Shown: one piece after another, positions 20,654 to 29,633 of the stretch
Layout: each line of letters starts with the position of its first letter
Position numbering within the stretch: the first letter of the stretch is position 1
Source of the DNA: a virus
Taxonomy: Duplodnaviria > Caudoviricetes
Direction: 5' to 3' (one strand)
Virus record (IMG/VR): IMGVR_UViG_3300023084_000034
Location: 1-47,910 of that record
Length of the DNA: 47,910 nt
Notes under the pieces: generated by a model
Told to the model about the DNA's origin: nothing
Seen by the model: the letters and a program-made list of their open reading frames with translations, nothing else
Database searches by the model: none
Program-made: the position numbers and the translations under genes

Positions 20654-21711
20654 AATTGTTCAAATTTACCAACAATGTCTACTTCATCGTTTGAATCTAA
20701 GTTAAAACCAAGACCAGTAAATACAAATGTTATTTCATTTGTTGCACCATTAAAAGAATAAGAATAAACCGATGCTGGTTTGAATTCTGAATTGATGTAA
20801 ACTCTATACCAATTTATGGTATCAAAAGAACCTATCAGTTCCGGTGGTAAAACCGGTTGTCTAACATTGGTTAGTTTAACTTGATTCGCACTTACAAATT
20901 CTGCTCTTTGAGAACTTCTTATAGTAACGAAATCTAAAACATTTTGATATTCATTTATAATATTAGGATTTGTAAATGTAAGTCCACTTAAATCCGTTTC
21001 TACACCCCATACTACTTTTTTTGGTGTGAATGATTTTCTAACGGTTGGTTTTTCATCATAAGTTTCAGGAAGTAGATATGCGTTTACAACCATAGTGAAA
21101 GAGGTTCTAATAATTCTTTCCGAACCTTCTCCTACTTCTTGTTGATTATCAAATGAGTCAATACGAGTTCTAAATTTGAATCCATCTTCTTTACCCCAAT
21201 ATCTATCAGTAGCATATTGAAATGCCTCTACAATCTTATTCATGTGTTCGGTAAACGATGTCCAAATCATTACCTCATAAGTTACAGTTACATAATCAGG
21301 TACAGAAACTTCATATTGTTCTAAGGGAGACTTTGCATTTGTTTGTAAGGTAAATCTTTCGTATTTATTTTTTGAAGAATATTTTTTATAAGCAGGAAGA
21401 GTATTTACATCTTTGAATTGTGCTAAGTTAGAATCTCTCTCAATAGAGTTTCTCTTAAACATTACCAATGGAATTTGAATCTTACCCCTTTGGTCTCTCA
21501 GATATCCCTTTGCTCGAGCATTATTCCATCTTTCAGCATTTCCATAAAGTAGGGGAACTTTAACTTTACTATTGTGTTCTTCTACATCAGGAATTACAGT
21601 ATCCACCATATACTCTGCAATAGTAGTATCTACATCTAAAAGTTTTACACCCTTAGTGTATTCTGGTTTGATACCTCTTTGTAATGCTCTATTTGTTTCC
21701 TTCTTGTTCAT
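20650..21711 (-). CDS. Tail completion/terminator protein, T4 gp15-like, with an extra C-terminal domain
   Basis: KVPLLYGNAERW, GKIQIPL and PDYVTVTYEVMIWT...MNKIVE resemble gp15-family motifs; follows the two neck-like genes. Confidence 0.6.
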   Translation of the reverse strand: MNKKETNRALQRGIKPEYTKGVKLLDVDTTIAEYMVDTVIPDVEEHNSKVKVPLLYGNAERWNNARAKGYLRDQRGKIQIPLVMFKRNSIERDSNLAQFKDVNTLPAYKKYSSKNKYERFTLQTNAKSPLEQYEVSVPDYVTVTYEVMIWTSFTEHMNKIVEAFQYATDRYWGKEDGFKFRTRIDSFDNQQEVGEGSERIIRTSFTMVVNAYLLPETYDEKPTVRKSFTPKKVVWGVETDLSGLTFTNPNIINEYQNVLDFVTIRSSQRAEFVSANQVKLTNVRQPVLPPELIGSFDTINWYRVYINSEFKPASVYSYSFNGATNEITFVFTGLGFNLDSNDEVDIVGKFEQL

Positions 21712-22166
21712 TATATAACTCTCATTTCAGTTTGAATAGAACTTCTTCTTGTCATAAATGTTGAACAAATAATTGAGAATTTCTCTCCACTTTGTCCACC
21801 AATTAGTTGGTCCTCTCTTACATTATCAATTTCGAAATAAGCATCATTGTGTTTAATAATATCACCAATTTCGGGATAGAATCCTTTATCTTTTAATGTA
21901 ATACGATTGAATCTGAATTCTACATTTTGTCCACTATCTGAACCAAAACCTTCATAAGAAACCGAAGTATCATCTCTTTCGATGACTGCAGTACATTCCG
22001 TACCTTGATAATAAGATTTGTTTAGAGATTCACCATAAAGGTTTGTTGAGATATCTTCAATAGCAAGTTTGAATAGAACTACCGTAGTTTCAATTACAGT
22101 ATCTACCAACTCTTTTGAAATTGATTCAAAAAATCGTATGTCTCTATCTAATGCAAATCTTGGCAT
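21711..22166 (-). CDS. Neck / head-closure protein, T4 gp14-like
   Basis: NLYGES...YPEIGDII...YFEIDNV pattern; position between gp13-like and gp15-like genes. Confidence 0.6.
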   Translation of the reverse strand: MPRFALDRDIRFFESISKELVDTVIETTVVLFKLAIEDISTNLYGESLNKSYYQGTECTAVIERDDTSVSYEGFGSDSGQNVEFRFNRITLKDKGFYPEIGDIIKHNDAYFEIDNVREDQLIGGQSGEKFSIICSTFMTRRSSIQTEMRVI

Positions 22167-22167
22167 C

Positions 22168-23316
22168 TTATCCGGTGTATATCGTTAATGGAACTTTTCG
22201 TAACATTTCTTGCTGATAATTAGATTCGTTATTTCTAATTTCAAACTGATTTTTTCTACTTAACTCTTCCAAGTTTTCTCTGAGTTGTTCAATCAAAGCA
22301 TCTTTTTCAGTTTGTGCTTCAGCTCTTAATGCTGCTCCATCCAACGATATTTCGGAACCAGGAATAGGTACTGAACTATATTTTTCTCTGATTGCTCCTA
22401 ATAGTTCTTTTGCGAGAGCAAGTGTATATTTTCTAATCCATTGTCTACCAACATCATTTATAGATGTATATGGTATAAAGTCATATCCTATGTTTGAGTA
22501 GTCTGAAACTACATCAGGTGTTACTGATGTTGAGTTTTGTACAAACTCATCTCTCACAAAATATTCAAACCATAGTTTACCAGTTGAAGTTGGTATTGGG
22601 AAAATTTGTAATTTATTGTTTGTGATATTAAACGAGTGTCCAGATTTTCTAATTTGGTCATTGAATTCAATTGCTTGAATTCTTAACATATCTTCAAAAA
22701 TTGGCATTAATACAAATTGTGCTGCTGGTGAGAATGAACCAAATCCAAATTCATCAATTAAGTTAAGTGTTCCTTGACCAGAAACTGAATATGGGTCAAA
22801 GAATCTATTAATAGCAGGAGTTACCTCGTGGAATACCTTGACTACATCTATTCGTTTTCCACCCTCACTACCACTTGCAAATAAAGCGTCTAAATCATAT
22901 CTTTGTTGTCCGATGACTAAATCAATAGAACCACTTTTAATATCAGTATTACCACCAACACCAGATAATGTTCCATAAGCATCGGATATACCAACAACCG
23001 TTGGTAAGAATGAACCTTGTACTAACTTTCCACTATAATTCGTACCCGTTGGATTTCCTTTAAGTGTATCTAAGTTATTTCTAATGTTGAATTGATTTAC
23101 TTGTGAAGCATACTCTGCAGTTGCTTCTTCAAAACAAGCAAATAGATTTTCATCAACCAATTCCACATTTTGGACAGGATATCCTAATCTCTTTGCACAC
23201 CAATTTGCTACTTTAGGAGCATCGGTTTGAAATGAAGACTCTGAATCATAAGTACCAAAAGGAGTTGAACCCGTAGCAAATGATGATGAACCTGGGTATA
23301 TGTATTCTACTGACAT
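22168..23316 (-). CDS. Neck / head-tail adaptor protein, T4 gp13-like
   Basis: KRLGYPVQNVEL at the N-terminus; WIRKYTLALAKELLG.IR.KY...P...ISLDG at the C-terminus; directly downstream of the major capsid gene. Confidence 0.75.
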   Translation of the reverse strand: MSVEYIYPGSSSFATGSTPFGTYDSESSFQTDAPKVANWCAKRLGYPVQNVELVDENLFACFEEATAEYASQVNQFNIRNNLDTLKGNPTGTNYSGKLVQGSFLPTVVGISDAYGTLSGVGGNTDIKSGSIDLVIGQQRYDLDALFASGSEGGKRIDVVKVFHEVTPAINRFFDPYSVSGQGTLNLIDEFGFGSFSPAAQFVLMPIFEDMLRIQAIEFNDQIRKSGHSFNITNNKLQIFPIPTSTGKLWFEYFVRDEFVQNSTSVTPDVVSDYSNIGYDFIPYTSINDVGRQWIRKYTLALAKELLGAIREKYSSVPIPGSEISLDGAALRAEAQTEKDALIEQLRENLEELSRKNQFEIRNNESNYQQEMLRKVPLTIYTG

Positions 23317-23345
23317 CTATTATTCCTCTCTTTTAATATCGTATC

Positions 23346-23354
23346 TATAAATAT
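23346..23354 (-). promoter_or_regulatory. Putative late-promoter motif ATATTTATA upstream of the neck gene
   Basis: Recurrent intergenic motif; lies between the capsid terminator and the ATG at 23316. Confidence 0.6.
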
Positions 23355-23390
23355 AAAGAAATATAAGAATAGTGTTTTTCAAAAAGGCAT

Positions 23391-23420
23391 AAAAAAAGAG
23401 GGATAGTTTCCTACCCCTCT
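23391..23420 (-). terminator. Rho-independent terminator after the major capsid gene
   Basis: Minus strand AGAGGGGTAG-GAAA-CTATCCCTCT (one G-U pair) running into a T-tract. Confidence 0.85.
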
Positions 23421-23445
23421 AATTTTATCTAAGAACTAACTAAGA

Positions 23446-25047
23446 TTAGATAGATGCTAAATCTTTAACATAAATCTTACCATAGAATTCTGGTCTAACC
23501 ATTTTCTTAGCGTATCTTGTCATAACTCCTCTTCTTGGAGTGAAGTTAGTTGGGTCATACACTAATGGTGTCATGATTAGAGGTACATACGGAGCATATA
23601 CAGCACCAGTTTCTAAGAAGTTAGAACCTCTAAATCCTAATAAGATTTCGTTAGAAGTCATATAAGGATTTTTGTAAACAGTATATCTACTAGCTAAAGC
23701 ACCAACAGTAGTTACACCCGCTGCGAAAGACATTGCATCTTTATCAGCAGAAACTGTAAATCCTGGGATTGATTCTAAGATAGTACATACATCAGGAGAA
23801 GCAACGATAAAGTTAGCTCCACCTCTTAATGTTAATTGGTGAATCTTGTTAGATACTTTGTTAATTTTAGTACCTAAAGTTTGGAACCAAGTATTTTTCT
23901 GATATGCTTGTCCTGCAGTTGCAGAAGTCCATGCACTATTTACATACTCTTCACCAATAGTTGCTGACCAGTACTCAGTAGTTAATGCGTTAGAAGCTAA
24001 CATATCTAAGATTTCTAAGTCAATCTCTAATGAGATATAGTCAGATAACATAGAAGTTAACTCTGCTTCAGCATCAATACTGTGGTAAGCATTAAGGTCT
24101 TGTGCTAACTCAGGAGTCCACACAGCCTTTAGTTTTCTTGTCTTAGCAACGATTGCTTCAGACTTCAATTCTAAGTCTACTTCTGGGATTTGGATATCCG
24201 CATCAATAGATGAACCTCTTTGTGGTTTACCAGCTTCGAAGTCACCTCTTGCATAGTCAGAAGGTACTCTTGAATAGTTTACTGTAATTGCGTTTTGGTC
24301 AACAGCTACTTGAGAGAATACAAACGCAGTGATGTTTGTACCATCTGAAGAGTTAAATTGACTAAAGTTTACATTATCAGTAATGTCAGTACCAGAAATT
24401 CTGAAACTTCTTACTGCGTCTAAATCAGCGTTATCTAATTGAGTTGCAGCGAAAGTTACTTTTTGAACATCACCTGCAGCAACTGAAGCAGAAAGTACTG
24501 CGTCAAATCCTACATCAGCCCAAGAAGCAGAAGCCCAAGTCTGAGCACCAGTTGCAACAGAAGCAGTGAATTCGTTTACAGAGTATCCGTAAGAACCTGA
24601 ACCATAAAGACCACCTTGTGCAACATCAGTTGAACCTAAGTCCGCACCTGTACCACCGAATAATGAACCACCAGTACCAGTAGATTTTCCACCAGTTGCA
24701 GTTCCATACTTAAAGTCTAAATAAAAGATTAGACCTGAAGGTAAGTTCATTGGTTGAACAGAAACGAATTCTTTAGAAGCAATCTCACCAAAGATTCTTC
24801 TTACAAGAGGAAGGGCTACACCACTCCACTCTTCACTATTATTACCGACACCAGTTTGTGATGCCTCATCAAGCAATTGCTTTGCTTGGTTTTCTAAAAG
24901 AACGGCCATTGAGCCTTGTTCTTTTTCTCCTAAACCTTCAAGAAGTCCTGTGTTTTCCCATTTTCCTTTAAGTTGTCTTGTTTCATTCAACATTACAGTT
25001 TGTGGGTTCTTTCCTTCCATTAGTTTAGATAAATCAAAATTTGCCAT
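23446..25047 (-). CDS. gp23: Major capsid protein, T4 gp23-like
   Basis: LLENQ, LPLVRR, VSVQPMNLPSGLIFYL, AKTRKLKAVWTPELAQDLNAYHSIDAEAEL, GAVYAPYVPL and PRRGVMTRY motifs. Confidence 0.97.
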   Translation of the reverse strand: MANFDLSKLMEGKNPQTVMLNETRQLKGKWENTGLLEGLGEKEQGSMAVLLENQAKQLLDEASQTGVGNNSEEWSGVALPLVRRIFGEIASKEFVSVQPMNLPSGLIFYLDFKYGTATGGKSTGTGGSLFGGTGADLGSTDVAQGGLYGSGSYGYSVNEFTASVATGAQTWASASWADVGFDAVLSASVAAGDVQKVTFAATQLDNADLDAVRSFRISGTDITDNVNFSQFNSSDGTNITAFVFSQVAVDQNAITVNYSRVPSDYARGDFEAGKPQRGSSIDADIQIPEVDLELKSEAIVAKTRKLKAVWTPELAQDLNAYHSIDAEAELTSMLSDYISLEIDLEILDMLASNALTTEYWSATIGEEYVNSAWTSATAGQAYQKNTWFQTLGTKINKVSNKIHQLTLRGGANFIVASPDVCTILESIPGFTVSADKDAMSFAAGVTTVGALASRYTVYKNPYMTSNEILLGFRGSNFLETGAVYAPYVPLIMTPLVYDPTNFTPRRGVMTRYAKKMVRPEFYGKIYVKDLASI

Positions 25048-25074
25048 TTTTCTTTTCCTTTAATGTTAAGTTAA

Positions 25075-26223
25075 TTATTTGATATTAGCTAATTGCTTAA
25101 ATCTTTCAGCTAATGCATTTGTGTTTTCAGAAATAATTTCTTTTGCAGGAGCAGTAGAAGCAACTGGTTTAGATGCAGCTTCAGCTACAACTTTCTTAGT
25201 TTTTTTCTCAGTTCCTGTAAAATTCATTGATTCTGCTAACGTAGCGTAAACTAATTTTACTTCTCTAACAGATGATGTTCTGTCTAAGTTTTCAACAACT
25301 TTAGATTTTTGCTCATTGTTTAAGTTATAAGCTCTGAACAATCTATTAGCGTATAATAATTTTGCGTTTAATAGGTTTACTTCGTTGATAGTACCTTGTA
25401 AAGTTTTAATAGTAGCATATGCTTCTTCTAAATCTTTTTCAAGTTCTTCGTACTTTTCTTCCGTTTCTGAATCTTCGTGTTCTTCTTCAGAAACTTCTTC
25501 ATCATCTCCGTATCCCATTTCTCTAAGAATTTCATCTAAGTCGATTTCATCATCCATTTCATCTTCTTCTTCAGCTTCCACTTCATCAGCTTCTACTTCT
25601 TCTTCAGACTCATCTTCGATTTCATCTTCTTCATGAACTTCATCTTCTTCTTCGTGTACTTCTTCTTCAGAATCCATATCTTCTTCTTCAGATACTTCAT
25701 CTTCTTCTTCCATACCCATTTCGAGTTCTCTAATGATAGACTCTAAATCTAACTCATCTTCTTCTTCGATTTCTTCTTCTTCAGAGTGAATTTCTTCTTC
25801 TCCTTCTTCTTCAGAAATTTCAGCGTCATCAGCGTTAGTTGGGTCATCATATCCAACTCCATCCACTTCTTCGATTTCTTCTTCTTCAGATACTTCTTCT
25901 TCAGAGTGGTCACCTTCTTCTAACTCATCACCTACCTCTGCAGTTTCTTCTTCAGATTCAGGTCCAAGTTCGGTGTGTGCGTCAGATGCAACATTAGATG
26001 GTTCAACTGGAGATTCTTCATCACCGTCACCAATATCACTTGAATCCAATTCTTCCTCAACTTCTTCTTCACCTTCCATTTCAGCTTGTAGCTTTCTTGA
26101 TAGGATAGATTGTAATCTCGGAGTAAATGCTTCTTCAAGTGCAATCTTAGCGTTAGCGATAGCAGTTTCTCTTACAGCTTTAGCATCCGCAATTGCTTCT
26201 TTTAACAATTTTGAATTTGCCAT
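25075..26223 (-). CDS. Prohead scaffold/core protein (gp22-like), highly acidic
   Basis: Directly upstream of the capsid gene; long Glu/Asp-rich centre; coiled-coil C-terminus; many [LIV]-x-E sites. Confidence 0.75.
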   Translation of the reverse strand: MANSKLLKEAIADAKAVRETAIANAKIALEEAFTPRLQSILSRKLQAEMEGEEEVEEELDSSDIGDGDEESPVEPSNVASDAHTELGPESEEETAEVGDELEEGDHSEEEVSEEEEIEEVDGVGYDDPTNADDAEISEEEGEEEIHSEEEEIEEEDELDLESIIRELEMGMEEEDEVSEEEDMDSEEEVHEEEDEVHEEDEIEDESEEEVEADEVEAEEEDEMDDEIDLDEILREMGYGDDEEVSEEEHEDSETEEKYEELEKDLEEAYATIKTLQGTINEVNLLNAKLLYANRLFRAYNLNNEQKSKVVENLDRTSSVREVKLVYATLAESMNFTGTEKKTKKVVAEAASKPVASTAPAKEIISENTNALAERFKQLANIK

Positions 26224-26369
26224 TTTACTTTTTACCTTTTTTAATTTGCTGAAGTTATTTTGAGGAACCTCAATATAGATTAGTGTAATTTGGTTGTTCG
26301 GTCACTTCACATTAAAGGGTGAGTATTCATTAACCAACAGAACCCACATAGATTGTGGGTTATTATACG

Positions 26370-26378
26370 AATAAATAT
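26370..26378 (-). promoter_or_regulatory. Putative late-promoter motif ATATTTATT upstream of the scaffold-capsid operon
   Basis: Variant of the recurrent motif, between a terminator and a ~145-nt leader. Confidence 0.55.
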
Positions 26379-26439
26379 ATAAAAATTTATAAAACCTAAA
26401 AAAAATATAATATTTTCTTTAGTTTTATTGATAAGACAT

Positions 26440-26465
26440 AAAAAAAGGTGGATAAACCACCTTTT
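26440..26465 (-). terminator. Rho-independent terminator after the 337-aa gene
   Basis: Minus strand AAAAGGTGG-TTTAT-CCACCTTTTTTT. Confidence 0.8.
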
Positions 26466-26469
26466 CTTT

Positions 26470-27483
26470 TTATTTTATTTTTCCTTTTTTGATATCTCTT
26501 TCGAGTTCTTGTCCTGCACCTAATAAATCATTAATTGCATAATCTAATGGTACATTTCTATACTTAGCAAGTTTTCTAACTGCCATCATTACAATTCTTT
26601 TCTCTTCAGTAGAGTATCCTTCGTTTACTGATTCCGAAAATGATGTTTTGTTAAATTCATCTTGCACTTTTTTATTAGATTTGTTTTTCTTTATAAATTC
26701 TTGAAAAACTAATCCACCATCTTTCTTACCCAAATAATTTATAACTTCATCATGTAATTGTTTTAATGAATATCCTTGTCTATCATACTTATTTTGCATG
26801 ATTTTCATTAAATTACTGATATTATTTTCGTTTACCGATTCTTGAAATTGTTTGATAATTTTCTTTTGTTTAGGATTATTTGGTCTACCAGCAAGTGCGG
26901 CAACAAATTCCATTCTTTGGGGTAATCCGCCCTTTTCAACATATTTAAGAAGTTTAGTAAAATTCAATGCGTACTTAGAAACAAAATCCTCAACTGCTTC
27001 AGGTCTTGTACCTGTAAAGTAAGCAATCTTTTTGATTTGTGGTTCAATACCTTCGTTTACTGATTCTTCTACAAATCCTTTTTTCAAAAGTGCATTTCTG
27101 AAAGTTTCTAAATCCTTTTTGTTTTTGAAGATTTGGATTCCAAAGAAATCACTACCATCTTTGTGTTTTTGTTTTCCATCGTGGTAAGAGATTGTGTATT
27201 TAGCTTTACCAATACCATCTTGCTGTCTGAATCTTTTCTTGCCTTCACTTATTTCAGAGATAACTTTTTCTCTCATTATCTCTCTAACGATTTTTCTAAG
27301 TTGTTCTTTCATCTTTGGTAATCCTTTATGTTTTGTTGATGCGAAATCTTCAATCTCTTTTTCACTCATTCTATCCGCAATATCTTTTATTTCATCCGAA
27401 ACCTCTGAAGCAGGAACTTCACCTCTTTTGAATGCCAATGCTAAACCGAATAATTTTTGTTGTTGTTGAGATTGTGCAGGCAT
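26470..27483 (-). CDS. Modular putative internal head protein (337 aa); N-terminal DUF3008-like domain and three ESVNE-delimited modules
   Basis: MPAQSQQQQKLFGLALAFKRG...MSEKEIEDFASTKHKGLP resembles DUF3008 (from memory); three ESVNE sites. Confidence 0.75.
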   Translation of the reverse strand: MPAQSQQQQKLFGLALAFKRGEVPASEVSDEIKDIADRMSEKEIEDFASTKHKGLPKMKEQLRKIVREIMREKVISEISEGKKRFRQQDGIGKAKYTISYHDGKQKHKDGSDFFGIQIFKNKKDLETFRNALLKKGFVEESVNEGIEPQIKKIAYFTGTRPEAVEDFVSKYALNFTKLLKYVEKGGLPQRMEFVAALAGRPNNPKQKKIIKQFQESVNENNISNLMKIMQNKYDRQGYSLKQLHDEVINYLGKKDGGLVFQEFIKKNKSNKKVQDEFNKTSFSESVNEGYSTEEKRIVMMAVRKLAKYRNVPLDYAINDLLGAGQELERDIKKGKIK

Positions 27484-27487
27484 GGTA

Positions 27488-28075
27488 TTATGATTTTCTT
27501 TTTAGGTCTTTAACCACATCCTGAATTCTTTCAATTGCAATTTCTAAAAGGTCAATTGCTTCTAAAACACCATCTTCTTCTAACATTTCAAGTGCTTCTT
27601 CAAAATCAATTTTTACAATTTTTGGAAGATTTTTTAGGTCTCTTTCTAATTTTCTGTGTTGACCTTCTTTCAGTAAATCAGTTAGTTTGATTTCACTTTC
27701 TTTAAGAGTTACGGGGTAAGTTTTACCATTAAACTCAAATTCGGTTTTACCTTCTTCTTTTGCTTTTCTTGCTGCTTGAACAAATGCTCTACCTTCGTTT
27801 ACTGATAAATTTTCTCCTTTTAATTTATCTTTAAGTCTTTGCCACAAAGATTTTGCCTGTTTATGTGCAGGATGATTTTTATCTTTTATTGCAGTTGATA
27901 CTTTAACATCTCTTTTAGTTTCAGGATTTTTTACTGTCTTATCTTTTACAAAATCTGAAAGAGGTGGGACAACTCCAACTTTTTTCTTTTTCTTTGAACC
28001 ACCACCAAATGCTCCCATTTGTCTCATGGTGTGTTGTAATGCGGGATTTTCGTTAAGTATATCAGTTAGTTTCAT
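27488..28075 (-). CDS. Modular putative internal head protein (195 aa)
   Basis: Leader MKLTDILNE, internal LSVNE and IKLTDLLKE; shares a module with the 616-aa protein. Confidence 0.75.
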   Translation of the reverse strand: MKLTDILNENPALQHTMRQMGAFGGGSKKKKKVGVVPPLSDFVKDKTVKNPETKRDVKVSTAIKDKNHPAHKQAKSLWQRLKDKLKGENLSVNEGRAFVQAARKAKEEGKTEFEFNGKTYPVTLKESEIKLTDLLKEGQHRKLERDLKNLPKIVKIDFEEALEMLEEDGVLEAIDLLEIAIERIQDVVKDLKRKS

Positions 28076-28079
28076 AGTA

Positions 28080-28478
28080 TTAAAATAATTTTTTTAATTT
28101 AGTATCATCGTATGTTTTAGCGTAATACCATTTTTTATCTTTAGTATTGTATAGATAAACATAATCTGCACTAGCTTCATTTCCTGCGTTTCTTACATAA
28201 TCATCGATATTGTTAACATCACCTTTCATCGGTTTCATGTTTCCATAATATTCAATATCTTTATCATCATAAATACCACGAGCACCACCTTTTTTAATTA
28301 GTGTCATGACATCCTTTTCACCTTTCATATGTTTTTTCAAACCATCTTTCATATTAGATGGATATCCATCGAAATGAACATATACCGAAATAATCTTACC
28401 ACCTTTGATAAGACCAACTTGAGAACGAGTTCCTTCGTTTATTAAGTTTTCTGATAGTAAGTTTTTTAGTTTAATCAT
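28080..28478 (-). CDS. Hypothetical phage protein (YxHxDGYP motif) with a putative cleavable leader
   Basis: MIKLKNLLSENLINE followed by GTRSQVG...SVYVHFDGYP...YVYLY. Confidence 0.75.
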   Translation of the reverse strand: MIKLKNLLSENLINEGTRSQVGLIKGGKIISVYVHFDGYPSNMKDGLKKHMKGEKDVMTLIKKGGARGIYDDKDIEYYGNMKPMKGDVNNIDDYVRNAGNEASADYVYLYNTKDKKWYYAKTYDDTKLKKLF

Positions 28479-28483
28479 AGTAT

Positions 28484-29035
28484 TTATTTTTTTTCTCCAA
28501 GTCTTTGTTTCATAGTATCTGGGTCAATGTCAGAGATTTCATAATATCTACCTAAAATATGTCCCATATCTTCATACAATGAATGTAACCTTTCATCTAA
28601 TGCTCTTGCTTCTGCAGCAACTTTATCAAATGCTTTATCCATTTTATCCAACTCACTCATATTTCTTTTGATGGTTACTTTATCAAACCAATCACCAGCT
28701 TCAGAAAGAGTTAAGGTTTTAGCTGCCTCAACAACTCCACCTAATGTCTCTGCAGTTTCAACAATGTCGGATTGTCTTCCCATCTGCTCTTTGAAACCCT
28801 TGTAGGTAGAAATGATTTCTAAGAAATGTTTCTTAACTTCAGTTGCTAATGGTCTATCACCTTTTAGAGATTCTGAAATAGAAAATTTACCATCTACGAT
28901 TTTTACCTCATTGATGTTTGTTTTTCTAATATCGTTATATCCTTTAGATACTTTAGTACCTTGTTTGTTCTCAACTTTCAAACTAAATTTGTTGTTGTGA
29001 ACATAATCGTATATGTCAAAATTCTTTTTACTCAT
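28484..29035 (-). CDS. Hypothetical head-cluster protein (183 aa), helical C-terminus
   Basis: ORF track; coupled to the protease gene; contains NINE and ISE sites. Confidence 0.75.
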   Translation of the reverse strand: MSKKNFDIYDYVHNNKFSLKVENKQGTKVSKGYNDIRKTNINEVKIVDGKFSISESLKGDRPLATEVKKHFLEIISTYKGFKEQMGRQSDIVETAETLGGVVEAAKTLTLSEAGDWFDKVTIKRNMSELDKMDKAFDKVAAEARALDERLHSLYEDMGHILGRYYEISDIDPDTMKQRLGEKK

Positions 29036-29622
29036 TATGCTAACTCCGTTATAATTTCTCTCATTAAATCTTGTGCTTTACAAAAATCTCCACAAACATC
29101 AGTACCAATATTCTTAATTACTGATTCGTTCATTGGAGTCATAAATGCACCATGTGTAGATGGGTTGGATACAAAGTCCCAACCGATTAGTTCAAAATCT
29201 TCACCAACTAAAAGTTTGTTATCTTTCATTGGTTGAGTAGAACCCATACCTCTTGATGAGATACCTAAAAGGATTCCAGCCCTTAATAATTCTTTTAATA
29301 TATTTCCAGAAGGAGTAGGTAAGATTTCAACTGTACCTACAACATCGCTACCTTCCCAATGTACCTCTTTAATATTATGTGATACATTCTTTAAGTTGAT
29401 AACTGAAGAATCTGGGTGGTCTAATTCACCCAATGCTCTTCTTTCTTTGATTAGAGTTTGATATTTACCAATCTCTCTTTCTAATATTTCTTTTGGGTAC
29501 ACTCTACCATTTTGGTTTTCTGCACCTGCTCTTTGAAGGATACCTTTAACCATAGTTCTTCCCGATGAATCTTCATTCACTCTTCCTTCAAATAAGTTTG
29601 TTTCTATCAATAGGTTTTTCAT
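29035..29622 (-). CDS. gp21: Prohead core protease, T4 gp21-like
   Basis: NQNGRVYP, ALGELDHP, VSH, GISSRGMGS and DFVSNPSTHGAF motifs. Confidence 0.95.
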   Translation of the reverse strand: MKNLLIETNLFEGRVNEDSSGRTMVKGILQRAGAENQNGRVYPKEILEREIGKYQTLIKERRALGELDHPDSSVINLKNVSHNIKEVHWEGSDVVGTVEILPTPSGNILKELLRAGILLGISSRGMGSTQPMKDNKLLVGEDFELIGWDFVSNPSTHGAFMTPMNESVIKNIGTDVCGDFCKAQDLMREIITELA

Positions 29623-29633
29623 ATCGGTTATCC

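Noticed and set aside
25440-26080. (TCT/TCA)n low-complexity tract
   Set aside because: Explained by Glu/Asp codons of the acidic scaffold protein; not a separate satellite.
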